From the NCBI GenBank assembly GCA_011364925.1, contig RDOA01000073.1:1-12107 (forward strand): DNA of 12,107 nucleotides, written 5' to 3'. The notes beneath the pieces were generated by a model. That model did no database searches. It saw only the letters and a program-made list of their open reading frames with translations, and was not told the DNA's origin. The translations under genes and the position numbers were made by a program. The first letter of the stretch is position 1. Each line of letters begins with the position of its first letter. Of this stretch, positions 1-7,797 are shown one piece after another. This stretch comes from Promethearchaeota archaeon (GTDB lineage: Archaea; Asgardarchaeota; Lokiarchaeia; Sigyniarchaeales; SOKP01).

Positions 1-78
<78 letters not shown>

Positions 79-230
79 TTTTTAAAAACTGCAGAGACTT
101 AAATGCGCTTGATGAGTTCTTAATTAGCTTTTACCTTTTTTTATTTTGATCTGAACTTGATATCATCAGAATTAGTAAAAAATTTTAATTATTGATATTT
201 TTAGTATTTAATATAAAAAATAAGATTAAA

Positions 231-333
231 GGGCCTGTAGATCAGTCGCAGATCGCTTGATATGAACAAGCACTTTGCTTACTAGGCGAGACTTGCACTC
301 AAGAGGTCACGGGTTCAATTCCCGTCAGGTCCA
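231..333 (+). tRNA. tRNA-Ala(TGC) with a 31-nt non-canonical intron
   Basis: Acceptor GGGCCTG/CAGGTCC with the G3:U70 Ala identity pair and A73. D-stem GATC/GATC. Anticodon stem CTTGA/TCAAG with loop CT-TGC-AC (292-298) forms only after removing 31 nt. T-arm ACGGG-TTCAATT-CCCGT. CCA is not encoded. Confidence 0.93.
260..290 (+). other. tRNA-Ala intron, position ~30/31 (relaxed BHB)
   Basis: Central helix CGCT(254-257)/GGCG(285-288), 3-nt bulges TG^A and AG^A, internal hairpin AAGCA-CTT-TGCTT. A GA repeat at the boundaries allows +/-1 ambiguity; BHB geometry favours 30/31. Confidence 0.78.
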
Positions 334-568
334 TTTTTTCATAAGTATAGCTAATAAAATCCAGAAATTTTTTTAATTATATATTATATATTATGACTTG
401 ATACCATGAAGTTAGTAAGCTATATCGTGTTGACTCTTTTATTTATCTTTCAAACAAATTTAACTCCAGATCAAGAATTATTTAATTTTATATTAATTCT
501 ACTTGGAATAGTATTGTTAATAATCATATTGGTGTATGTTTTATTAACTTCAAAGGAAGAATAACTAT

Positions 569-1780
569 CTACTTAGAAGTTACAATCTTTATAATATCAT
601 TGTGCTGTAATTCGTAATTTTCTCCTAATCTTTTCTTTGTTCGAGCGTCAATACCAAAAATAAAATGGTCAGCGAGGTCAGTATGGACCTTATCTCGTAT
701 AAAATTCCTCAGTAAAGTACCTTTTTTGACTAAAAAAGCATCAGGTAAAACGTTATCGTTGTTATCAGTAAATTTATTGATATCTGATATGGGGTAAACA
801 CAAATTTGGTTTAAGATGTTAAAAGCAGCGTGATTAATCGCGTTCTGAACCCCTGTTTCACCGAAAGGAACAAAAATCTTCTCTTGTATTTTTTTCAGTG
901 TATCTAATTCATTTTGACTAAAACTTTCTTCCGCTAAAATGTTAAAACTATTTGAACCTGGCATGTACTCAATTTTTTTTTCTTGTTCAGATTTTCTCAA
1001 GTAAAATTCTGCTAAAGCACTACAAGGTATAATTTCAGACTCAATTTTGCTTTTAAGTTTTCTGAAATTTTCCATGCTGTTTTCTTTATCGATTTTATTA
1101 GCTACATTTAGGATAGGTTTAGAAATTCGTCTTAATATTTTGGAAAAATTTAAAAGGTCGTCCTCTGTCCATAAAGTAGGGTTTTTTTCTTCCAAATTCG
1201 CGTCTTTAAGTGCGAGTATAATTTCACTTCTATTAATTTTAATTCCTGAAAGACGTTTATATAATTCGTCAATAAATTTTTTGCTTTCTCTTCCGTATGA
1301 TCTAATAAACTTAGTCCAATCTTCTCTTTCTAAAATTTGTTTGAACCACAGATTAATTTCATTTTCAAGAAATACAACATCTTCATAGGGATCATTTTCA
1401 CCAATATTTATTCTTTTTCCTGATTTATCAAGAGAACCACTAATATCGACAATATGAATTAGTACATCTGCTTGGGCTAAATCGTTTAAAAATTGGTTTC
1501 CTAAACCTTTGCCTTTATGGGCGTCTGGAACCAAACCCGCAACATCAAGAACATTTATAGGAATAAAACGATTTCCATCCAGACAGTAAGAATTTTTAGG
1601 ATTATCTTGGAGGTTTAATTCCTTACAAACACAAGCGGTTTTAACATACGCAATTCCTTTATTTGGTTCAATCGTCGTAAAAGGTAATTCACTTACTTTT
1701 GCGTTTGTTAAACAAGCAGCATTTAAGAAAGTCGATTTTCCAGCACTTGGCTTTCCAACAATACCAATTAAAAAATTCAT
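569..1780 (-). CDS. ychF: YchF/Ola1-family (Obg-like) translation-associated GTPase/ATPase, archaeal type, with C-terminal TGS domain
   Basis: GKPSAGKST (G1), PFTTIEPN (G2), DVAGL (G3), GLGNQFL, NKID (G4); C-terminal 'VLPDAFLV...VHTDL...DIIKI' TGS-like region. Confidence 0.93.
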   Translation of the reverse strand: MNFLIGIVGKPSAGKSTFLNAACLTNAKVSELPFTTIEPNKGIAYVKTACVCKELNLQDNPKNSYCLDGNRFIPINVLDVAGLVPDAHKGKGLGNQFLNDLAQADVLIHIVDISGSLDKSGKRINIGENDPYEDVVFLENEINLWFKQILEREDWTKFIRSYGRESKKFIDELYKRLSGIKINRSEIILALKDANLEEKNPTLWTEDDLLNFSKILRRISKPILNVANKIDKENSMENFRKLKSKIESEIIPCSALAEFYLRKSEQEKKIEYMPGSNSFNILAEESFSQNELDTLKKIQEKIFVPFGETGVQNAINHAAFNILNQICVYPISDINKFTDNNDNVLPDAFLVKKGTLLRNFIRDKVHTDLADHFIFGIDARTKKRLGENYELQHNDIIKIVTSK

Positions 1781-1813
1781 TATTGAGGTATAATTATCCT
1801 AATATCTAAAAAA

Positions 1814-3562
1814 TTATTTGTTTTTTTTCTGTTCACTATGCAATTTATTAATAAATGCATTAAAGCTTTCGTAATCTTCCTTGTTAAACAAATCTTCTTC
1901 AGTTTTAAGGGGAAAATCGCCTTCTATCTTATTATTTGGTTCCATCCGATGAGGAATTTCAATTTTTGACGGTTTTGAGAGTATTGTGGATTTAGTGCTC
2001 GACTTCTCAATTTTTCTGAAAATTGGTTCGTTAGAGCTATTATATCCAATTGATTTTGAATGCAATACTTCCTGTGAATTCTCTAGAATCTGTTGATTTC
2101 TTCTTGTTACATCTGAAACTGTTGTCAAATTTCGCTTGATATAGGGAATTTCAAGTAAAAATGGTTCTTTAATTGAATTTACACGCATAATACAAAAACC
2201 TTCTTCTAACATAGACAAAAAAGTTTTTTTTTCGGGATCTAAGTTCAAAAGTTCACACATGATATCTTTTTCTATATGGTTTTTAAAAGTCAAAACGACA
2301 CCATTGTTAGCTAATATTTCTTTACTAATATTTGGACGAGTCGCTATAGTTATCAAACATTCACCAGTACCTCTTTGCAATAATGCAATATCCTCTAGAT
2401 AAGTTGTTAGTTTTGACTTTTTTGAAATATCCTGAGGGGCAAAATACTGTGCATCTTCAATAATTGTAATGTGCTTTATGCCATCATAATTATTAGCTCC
2501 CATCGTAAGATTTCTGTCCCATAAATATTTTAAAACCATGTTCAGGAAAAAGAGCGCGTCCTCCTTTTCTCCACCAAGGCGAATAATTGAACTCATATCT
2601 AAAATCACTTTTTGATTAAAGAGTTTTGATATCGAGAGAGTTGACATAGAATCAAAAATTGCTTTCATAGGACCTATAGAAAATCTTCTTATCCGATTTT
2701 TTAGGCTAATAAGAGTTTGCTTTAACATTGGGATTTCAGTTTTTTTATTTTCAAGGTAGTCTTTACATTTTTGCTCAAATCCTTCCCAACTTTGTAAATC
2801 TTTATTTTCACACACATCTGTTAGTATATCGATTAAAACTCTTTCCATTTGAGGTGAATATTCGGCGTTTTCATCAAGGAATTGTCCACTTTTTAATATG
2901 TCAAAAATTCTTTCAGCATGAATTTTCGGATTGGAATTTATAGGATCAAATATATTAATTGAAAAATTTTCTCCTGGCCATAGAATTATTAAATCTTTTA
3001 ATTTCTCTTGAAGAAAGTGATATTCTCCCTTAAATTCAACTAAAAAAAAAGGTTTATTGTGATGTTTATTTAGGTTTATCAGAAAATTCTGCATAAAATT
3101 GCTTTTTCCCGTCCCAGTTGATCCACATATAAACATGTGTTTTTCAAGATCCTTTATCGAGAGAGAAAAAGCATACTTTTTCCTTCCTGTTTTTATAATT
3201 CTTCCAATTCTAATAGACCCTTCGTTTGAATCTTTATATGAAGGACATTCTAAATCAATGTTGATTTTATCTATTTTGAAAAGGTCGAAAAAGTAGAAGA
3301 TTACTGCACTAAATAAAAATATGATTGAAATATTAAAAAAAAATACTTCTAAAATATAGTAATTAAAATTGCCTATTACATGATCCGAATCTATTAACAA
3401 AAATGAGGGCAAATCTAAAAACAAAAAAATAAATGTAATTATAAAAAGAGGTATGATGACATATTGCAATTTTAAAAGAGAATACCCTCTCTTTTTTAAT
3501 ATATGATATATTAGATTGATGATAAAACATAAAGTAGTTAAAAGAAATATAATATTAACCAT
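1814..3562 (-). CDS. Membrane-anchored HerA/FtsK/VirB4-like P-loop ATPase (DUF87-like)
   Basis: About three hydrophobic N-terminal segments; 'KHMFICGSTGTGKS' Walker A; 'EFKGEY' motif; atypical Walker B 'ITIIEDAQ'; 'QRGTGECLITIATRP' resembling the HerA RK-G...TQRP motif. Confidence 0.82.
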   Translation of the reverse strand: MVNIIFLLTTLCFIINLIYHILKKRGYSLLKLQYVIIPLFIITFIFLFLDLPSFLLIDSDHVIGNFNYYILEVFFFNISIIFLFSAVIFYFFDLFKIDKINIDLECPSYKDSNEGSIRIGRIIKTGRKKYAFSLSIKDLEKHMFICGSTGTGKSNFMQNFLINLNKHHNKPFFLVEFKGEYHFLQEKLKDLIILWPGENFSINIFDPINSNPKIHAERIFDILKSGQFLDENAEYSPQMERVLIDILTDVCENKDLQSWEGFEQKCKDYLENKKTEIPMLKQTLISLKNRIRRFSIGPMKAIFDSMSTLSISKLFNQKVILDMSSIIRLGGEKEDALFFLNMVLKYLWDRNLTMGANNYDGIKHITIIEDAQYFAPQDISKKSKLTTYLEDIALLQRGTGECLITIATRPNISKEILANNGVVLTFKNHIEKDIMCELLNLDPEKKTFLSMLEEGFCIMRVNSIKEPFLLEIPYIKRNLTTVSDVTRRNQQILENSQEVLHSKSIGYNSSNEPIFRKIEKSSTKSTILSKPSKIEIPHRMEPNNKIEGDFPLKTEEDLFNKEDYESFNAFINKLHSEQKKNK

Positions 3563-3979
3563 TTTAAATACTTAAAATTAAAGTGTTTTAAACTACACAC
3601 TATTTATAAGATTATGCTACCTTATTTTCAAAGACAAATTGAAAATGCTAGCTAAATTTAAGTTCAATTATTCGATACTTGGGACTTTTTTTAATAAATT
3701 TAAGATCTGAACAATTAATTGAGATTAACTTAATAATAATCTTCTCTCCAGAACAATCTTGAATAACTCTATTTAATAATATTTAGAATAATAGTGTAAC
3801 GAGTGAAACTAAAACAAGAAATTAAAATTCTTATATTTAAAACACTAAATAAAAACAGATTATAAGAGAAATTTTGTAAAAATGTATTTTCGTAAACTTT
3901 TTTAATTTTATGACTTAGAGATCATTATATAAGTAATAATTGTAACTTATTTAAAAATTCGAGAAGAAGTGAAATTAAA

Positions 3980-5584
3980 ATGTCACAATTATCTGGTGTT
4001 CCAATCCTTATATTAAAAGAGGGTTCGGAGAGAAAACAAGGAAAAGACGCTCAAAAAAACAATATCGCTGCTGCAAAAGCAGTAGCAGAAGCAGTGAGAA
4101 CAACATTAGGACCAAAAGGAATGGATAAAATGCTCGTTGATTCTTTAGGTGATGTTACTATTACAAACGATGGGGCAACAATTCTTGACACTATTGATGT
4201 AGAACATCCTGCAGCTAAGATGATTGTCGAGGTAGCAAAAACTCAAGATGATAAAGTTGGAGATGGGACAACTACAAGCGTAATCATTTCTGGGGAATTA
4301 TTGAATCTTGCTCAAGAATTAATGGAACAAGCGGTTCACCCCTCAATAATCTTTAGAGGATATAAGAAAGCGTTGGTTAAATCAAAGGAAATTTTACGTG
4401 AACTTGCCACAAAAATTGAAATTGACGATACTGATACATTATTAAAAGTAGCAGAGACTTCAATGAATAGTAAACTAATCGCTGGCGTAAAAAATCACTT
4501 TGCTAATATTACAGTTAGCGCTGTTAGTCAAATTAAAGAACAACGCGGAGAAAAAACTGTGATCGATTTAGATCAAATACAAGTGATTAAAAAAGAGGGA
4601 AAGAGCTTATTAGATACAAATCTTATCAACGGAATCATAGTAGATAAGGAGATTGTACATCCGATGATGCCAAAATCAATCAAAGATGCAAAGATTGCGT
4701 TAATTACATCATCACTTGAAGTAGAAAAAACAGAATTTGATGCAGAAATTAGAATTCAAACCCCCGATCAAATCAACAAGTTCATTGAAGAGGAAGCAAA
4801 TATGTTAAAATCTCGGGTATCTAAATTAAAAGATATTGGAACTAATGTTGTCTTTTGTCAGAAGGGAGTTGACGATAAAGCTCAAAATTATTTAGCTCAA
4901 GAAGGTATCATTACAATTCGAAGAGTGAAGAGATCTGATATGGAAAAACTTGCTCGGGCAACACATGCAAAATTAGTTAATAATATCTTTGAAATCACAG
5001 AAACCGACTTAGGAAAAGCAGGTAAAGTAGAAGAAAAGAAAATCGGAGACGACAACATGATATTAGTCTCGGAATGTGCCGATCCTAAGGCTGTGAGCAT
5101 CCTAATAAGAGCCGGAATTGAACATGTAGTAGATGAGGCTGAAAGAATGTTTAATGACGCTTTATCAGTAGTAAAGGCGGCAATCGAGATTCCTTATATC
5201 TTACCTGGGGGTGGAGCTTCTGAAATCGAGTTAGCTAAGCGATTAAGAGCCTATGCAAGCTCGATCGGAGGGAGAGAACAATTAGCTATTGAGATATTTG
5301 CTAATGCTTTAGAGATAATTCCCAAAACTCTTGTTGAAAATGCTGGTTATAATCCAGTCGATTTACTCGTTGAATTACGATCAAAGCATGAGGTTGATAA
5401 TGGTCAGTCTTTTGGTATAAACATAGAATCTGGTAAACCTGATGACATGACAAAGTTAGGCATTCTTGAACCATTAATGGTATTATCTCAAGCTATTCAA
5501 TCTGCTACTGAAGTAGCTTCAATGATTTTAAAGATTGACGATGTTATCGCTGCGTCAGGGTTATCTAAAGGCCCAGAAGCATAA
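3980..5584 (+). CDS. ths: Thermosome subunit (group II chaperonin, CCT/TCP-1 family)
   Basis: [31 protein letters not shown] motif, [13 protein letters not shown]; SD-like GAAGTGA 7 nt before ATG. Subunit type (alpha/beta) cannot be determined by eye. Confidence 0.97.
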   Translation: MSQLSGVPILILKEGSERKQGKDAQKNNIAAAKAVAEAVRTTLGPKGMDKMLVDSLGDVTITNDGATILDTIDVEHPAAKMIVEVAKTQDDKVGDGTTTSVIISGELLNLAQELMEQAVHPSIIFRGYKKALVKSKEILRELATKIEIDDTDTLLKVAETSMNSKLIAGVKNHFANITVSAVSQIKEQRGEKTVIDLDQIQVIKKEGKSLLDTNLINGIIVDKEIVHPMMPKSIKDAKIALITSSLEVEKTEFDAEIRIQTPDQINKFIEEEANMLKSRVSKLKDIGTNVVFCQKGVDDKAQNYLAQEGIITIRRVKRSDMEKLARATHAKLVNNIFEITETDLGKAGKVEEKKIGDDNMILVSECADPKAVSILIRAGIEHVVDEAERMFNDALSVVKAAIEIPYILPGGGASEIELAKRLRAYASSIGGREQLAIEIFANALEIIPKTLVENAGYNPVDLLVELRSKHEVDNGQSFGINIESGKPDDMTKLGILEPLMVLSQAIQSATEVASMILKIDDVIAASGLSKGPEA

Positions 5585-5620
5585 AACACTTTTATTTTTT
5601 TTATATTTAGAATTTTTCAG
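5585..5620. terminator. Probable oligo-T terminator region between convergent thermosome and tsr3
   Basis: TTTTATTTTTTT run directly after the thermosome stop codon, typical of archaeal intrinsic termination. Confidence 0.45.
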
Positions 5621-6082
5621 TTACAAATTGTTTATCGCTTTAAATTCAGAACCCCACGAAAATTTTGAGAGAATTAAATCACCATACACATCAAAGTGTG
5701 TAATATAGAGAGCGGCCGCTAACGCTTCTACAGAACTCAATTTCTCCCATTTACCAAAATTTACAGGATTTGCAGCAATAAGTGGAGGAAGCTTTCTACT
5801 GGTCTTCACACTAAACTCTTTTACATTAAAAATTCTTTTCCAAGAACAATCAATAACTACCAACCCATATTTTAAAATTGCATCTCGATCAGTAGCGCTT
5901 AATTCCTCGTTAGAAAACGGATTTAGAAGAATAGCATTAAAGATTTTTCCTTTAATTTCAGGTACAATCTTTATCAAATTTAACTTTGCTAACTTGAGAG
6001 CAGTGCATTTCTTCTTGTCACACTCGTTAAAATGGAGACAAAATAGTTTTGGAAAAGAGCGTTCTGCTTTAGGATTAATCAT
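5621..6082 (-). CDS. tsr3: Tsr3 SSU rRNA aminocarboxypropyltransferase (DUF367)
   Basis: CDKKKCTALKL, DCSW, LPPLIAANPVNFGK...LSSVEALAAAL and FSWG motifs characteristic of Tsr3. Confidence 0.93.
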   Translation of the reverse strand: MINPKAERSFPKLFCLHFNECDKKKCTALKLAKLNLIKIVPEIKGKIFNAILLNPFSNEELSATDRDAILKYGLVVIDCSWKRIFNVKEFSVKTSRKLPPLIAANPVNFGKWEKLSSVEALAAALYITHFDVYGDLILSKFSWGSEFKAINNL

Positions 6083-7073
6083 ATTTAAAACTAGTTAAAA
6101 CATTCACAGACTTAATAAAATTTTCCGTAATCCGTTCAGTTCCTACGATTTTCATTATTGAAAATATGATATTTCTCGATTCACACATTATTGGAATTCC
6201 ACCATATGCCAAAGTAAAAAGTCCAATAAAAGAAATATCTTCTGCATTCAAAGTCCCCTCTACTTCGGAGAATTTGAGTTTTCCCGATGGACTCGTAATG
6301 ATTCCAAAGAAATTCTCGGGATCTTTACCAGAGATCGCAATATAACACAACAAATCACCAATAGAAGTTCCTTCAGACTCCTCCTTCATTTTTTGAAAAG
6401 CTACATTAGCACTCGCAGAAAAAGCTTCAACGGATATTTGGAGATTTTGACCGCTAACCTCCCGTGCATCCAATGTTAAACCTGTCGGACTAACAAGACT
6501 ATATCTTATGAATATAGGATTTTGGAGCGAATCCAAAACATAGCTTATCGCCGGTAATTGGTTAGTAGGGTCAAATTTTTCAGGGGAATACGATATAAAA
6601 GGCACTTCAGACCCCATACCAAAAAGATAGACGGCACTTCGCACTTTATTCGAGAAATCTTCGTAATCTTTTTCTGTTTCGTTATTACTACCGAAAAATT
6701 CTCCAAGCTTTTGTTTTATGTAATACATAGAGCTGGCTAAATTGTCAGCATCTAACGGCCATTCTTTCGTATAATCGTGGACTATCGTTAAAAGTGTTTC
6801 ATTTATTCTAATCGAAATTAAACAAACCTTGTCAAAAAAGGTAAACGATATAACTTGATCTTTAATATCTAAATCTTCCCAACTTTCTTCGCTTGCTGAA
6901 AAAGCTGCTGAAGCTAAACTTGTAATTTGATTAGGATTGATCTCAATATCACTTTTCCTCCCGATCTTTGCGATAGAAAGTCCATTTAAATCGCATAATA
7001 TCACCAAAATCGTACCTTGAGACGCTCTCAAGATCGAAGTCAAATACTTTATTAACGAATCCCTCACACTCAT
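6075..7073 (-). CDS. Tandem Roadblock/LC7 (MglB/LAMTOR-like) domain protein
   Basis: Two repeats of the roadblock pattern helix-strand-'xxG'-strand-helix rich in small residues: 'LVILCDLNGLSIA...ITSLASAAFSAS' and 'YSLVSPTGLTLDA...VEAFSASANVAF'. Confidence 0.75.
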   Translation of the reverse strand: MSVRDSLIKYLTSILRASQGTILVILCDLNGLSIAKIGRKSDIEINPNQITSLASAAFSASEESWEDLDIKDQVISFTFFDKVCLISIRINETLLTIVHDYTKEWPLDADNLASSMYYIKQKLGEFFGSNNETEKDYEDFSNKVRSAVYLFGMGSEVPFISYSPEKFDPTNQLPAISYVLDSLQNPIFIRYSLVSPTGLTLDAREVSGQNLQISVEAFSASANVAFQKMKEESEGTSIGDLLCYIAISGKDPENFFGIITSPSGKLKFSEVEGTLNAEDISFIGLFTLAYGGIPIMCESRNIIFSIMKIVGTERITENFIKSVNVLTSFKYD

Positions 7074-7239
7074 AAGAAAACCATACCTTTCCTATCTAGG
7101 CTTATCTTCGCTATAAATTCTTACTGCTTTAATAACAATAATATTAATTCTTAAATATTTCTCATTTTTATTTTTATCCATCAATGTTAATACATATCAA
7201 ATCACGACTCTAACTAAAAAATTTATTTAGTTTTCTCTC

Positions 7240-7247
7240 TTTAAATA
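7240..7247 (+). promoter_or_regulatory. Putative TATA box for tRNA-Leu
   Basis: TTTAAATA about 32 nt upstream of the mature tRNA 5' end. The AT-rich background limits specificity. Confidence 0.4.
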
Positions 7248-7278
7248 CTAAAACAACAATGATAATTTTTCCTTCTAA

Positions 7279-7363
7279 GCGGGAATTGCCAAGTCTGGTC
7301 TACGGCGCTGGACTTAGAATCCAGTCTCAGAGGAGTTCGGGGGTTCGAATCCCTCTTCCCGCA
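7279..7363 (+). tRNA. tRNA-Leu(TAG), intronless
   Basis: Acceptor GCGGGAA/TTCCCGC+A73; anticodon stem CTGGA/TCCAG, loop CT-TAG-AA; long variable arm CTC-AGAG-GAG; T-loop TTCGAAT. Confidence 0.97.
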
Positions 7364-7495
7364 TATATTTTTTAGTAATAAAAATAATATTTTTTTAATA
7401 AACCAATTAAATCTAATTCTAATTTAAAAAAATTTAAAATCGAACCTTAATTAGTCTCTTCTATCAAAATTGCTTCTGTAGTGTAGTCCGGCCAA

Positions 7496-7525
7496 TCTTT
7501 CCCGATACGACTTAGAAAGGGCTTG
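7496..7525 (+). other. tRNA-Glu intron 1, position 21/22 (30 nt)
   Basis: Central helix GGCC(7490-7493)/GGCT(7520-7523), bulge AA^T, intron helix CTTTC/GAAAG, 3' site TG^G. Confidence 0.85.
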
Positions 7526-7551
7526 GCATACTAGGCCTTCACCCTGGTGAC

Positions 7552-7581
7552 AATATGGTTCGATGCGAACTGTATCATTAA
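7552..7581 (+). other. tRNA-Glu intron 2, position 48/49 (30 nt)
   Basis: Central helix GGTG(7546-7549)/CATT(7576-7579), bulge AC^A, 10-bp intron hairpin ATATGGTTCG-ATG-CGAACTGTAT, 3' site AA^C. Confidence 0.82.
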
Positions 7582-7658
7582 CCGGGTTCGAATCCCGGCA
7601 GAAGCACTACAGGCATTTTGCATAGGAATTGAAGAGGAGCCTCGATAGCTCAGTTAGG

Positions 7659-7686
7659 TAGAGCACCGCATCGGTGTGCTTGACAA
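7659..7686 (+). other. tRNA-Asn intron 1, D-loop (~19/20; 28-30 nt, boundaries ambiguous)
   Basis: Central helix GTTA(7653-7656)/TGAC(7681-7684), bulge GG^T, intron hairpin AGAGCACCG-CAT-CGGTGTGCT with one mismatch. A 10-nt direct repeat GTAGAGCACC also allows a 30-nt excision. Confidence 0.65.
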
Positions 7687-7702
7687 AGTAGAGCACCCGG
7701 CT

Positions 7703-7739
7703 TTGTAAAATCTTCCATGGATTTACCAATACACCGGAG
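7703..7739 (+). other. tRNA-Asn intron 2, position 33/34 (37 nt)
   Basis: Perfect central helix CCGG(7697-7700)/CCGG(7734-7737), bulge CT^T, intron helix TGTA/TACA, 3' site AG^G immediately before the GTT anticodon. Confidence 0.88.
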
Positions 7740-7765
7740 GTTAACCGGGCGGTCGCATGTTCGAT

Positions 7766-7797
7766 TTGCCATCTGGATTAGTCAGGTGATACGAAAA
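7766..7797 (+). other. tRNA-Asn intron 3, position 59/60 (32 nt), strict BHB
   Basis: Exon helix GCATG/CATGC, central helix TTCG(7760-7763)/CGAA(7792-7795), bulges AT^T and AA^C, intron helix TG-C-CATCTGG/TCAGGTG-A-TA. Confidence 0.9.

Larger units (their letters stand above)
7472..7606 (+). tRNA. tRNA-Glu(TTC) with two non-canonical introns
   Basis: Acceptor GCTTCTG/CAGAAGC+A; archaeal Glu-type D-arm GTGTAGTCCGGCCAA^GCAT; anticodon stem CTAGG/CCTGG, loop CC-TTC-AC; variable TGAC^; T-arm CCGGG-TTCGAAT-CCCGG. Removing two 30-nt inserts gives a 75-nt cloverleaf. Confidence 0.9.

Noticed and set aside
145-476. Complementarity TTTTGATCTG (145-154) / CAGATCAAGA (467-476) flanking tRNA-Ala
   Set aside because: Only about 10 bp in very AT-rich DNA, and the second arm lies beyond the likely terminator; compatible with chance.
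1047-1388. 113-aa plus-strand ORF
   Set aside because: Antisense shadow inside ychF; Ser/Leu/Phe-rich with no motif.
2728-3296. 71-aa and 65-aa plus-strand ORFs
   Set aside because: Antisense to the HerA-like ATPase gene; no independent coding signal.
3563-3979. 417-nt AT-rich intergenic region examined for ncRNA, CRISPR or repeats
   Set aside because: No repeat-spacer periodicity or GC-rich stems; adequately explained as a divergent promoter region.
4897-5100. 67-aa minus-strand ORF
   Set aside because: Antisense shadow within the thermosome gene.
6558-6740. 60-aa plus-strand ORF
   Set aside because: Antisense to the roadblock gene; short with no motif.
7537-7543. CT-TCA-CC read as a UCA anticodon (tRNA-Sec or opal suppressor)
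   Set aside because: The flanking TAGGC/CTGGT does not pair in that register, the acceptor is 7 bp, and the D-arm is Glu-type. The hairpin after the variable loop fits BHB intron geometry better than a Sec variable arm.
7701-7707. CT-TTG-TA read as tRNA-Gln with a canonical 37/38 intron
   Set aside because: The perfect CCGG/CCGG central helix places cleavage at 33/34 and gives GTT; G73 and the G1-C72 acceptor fit Asn.
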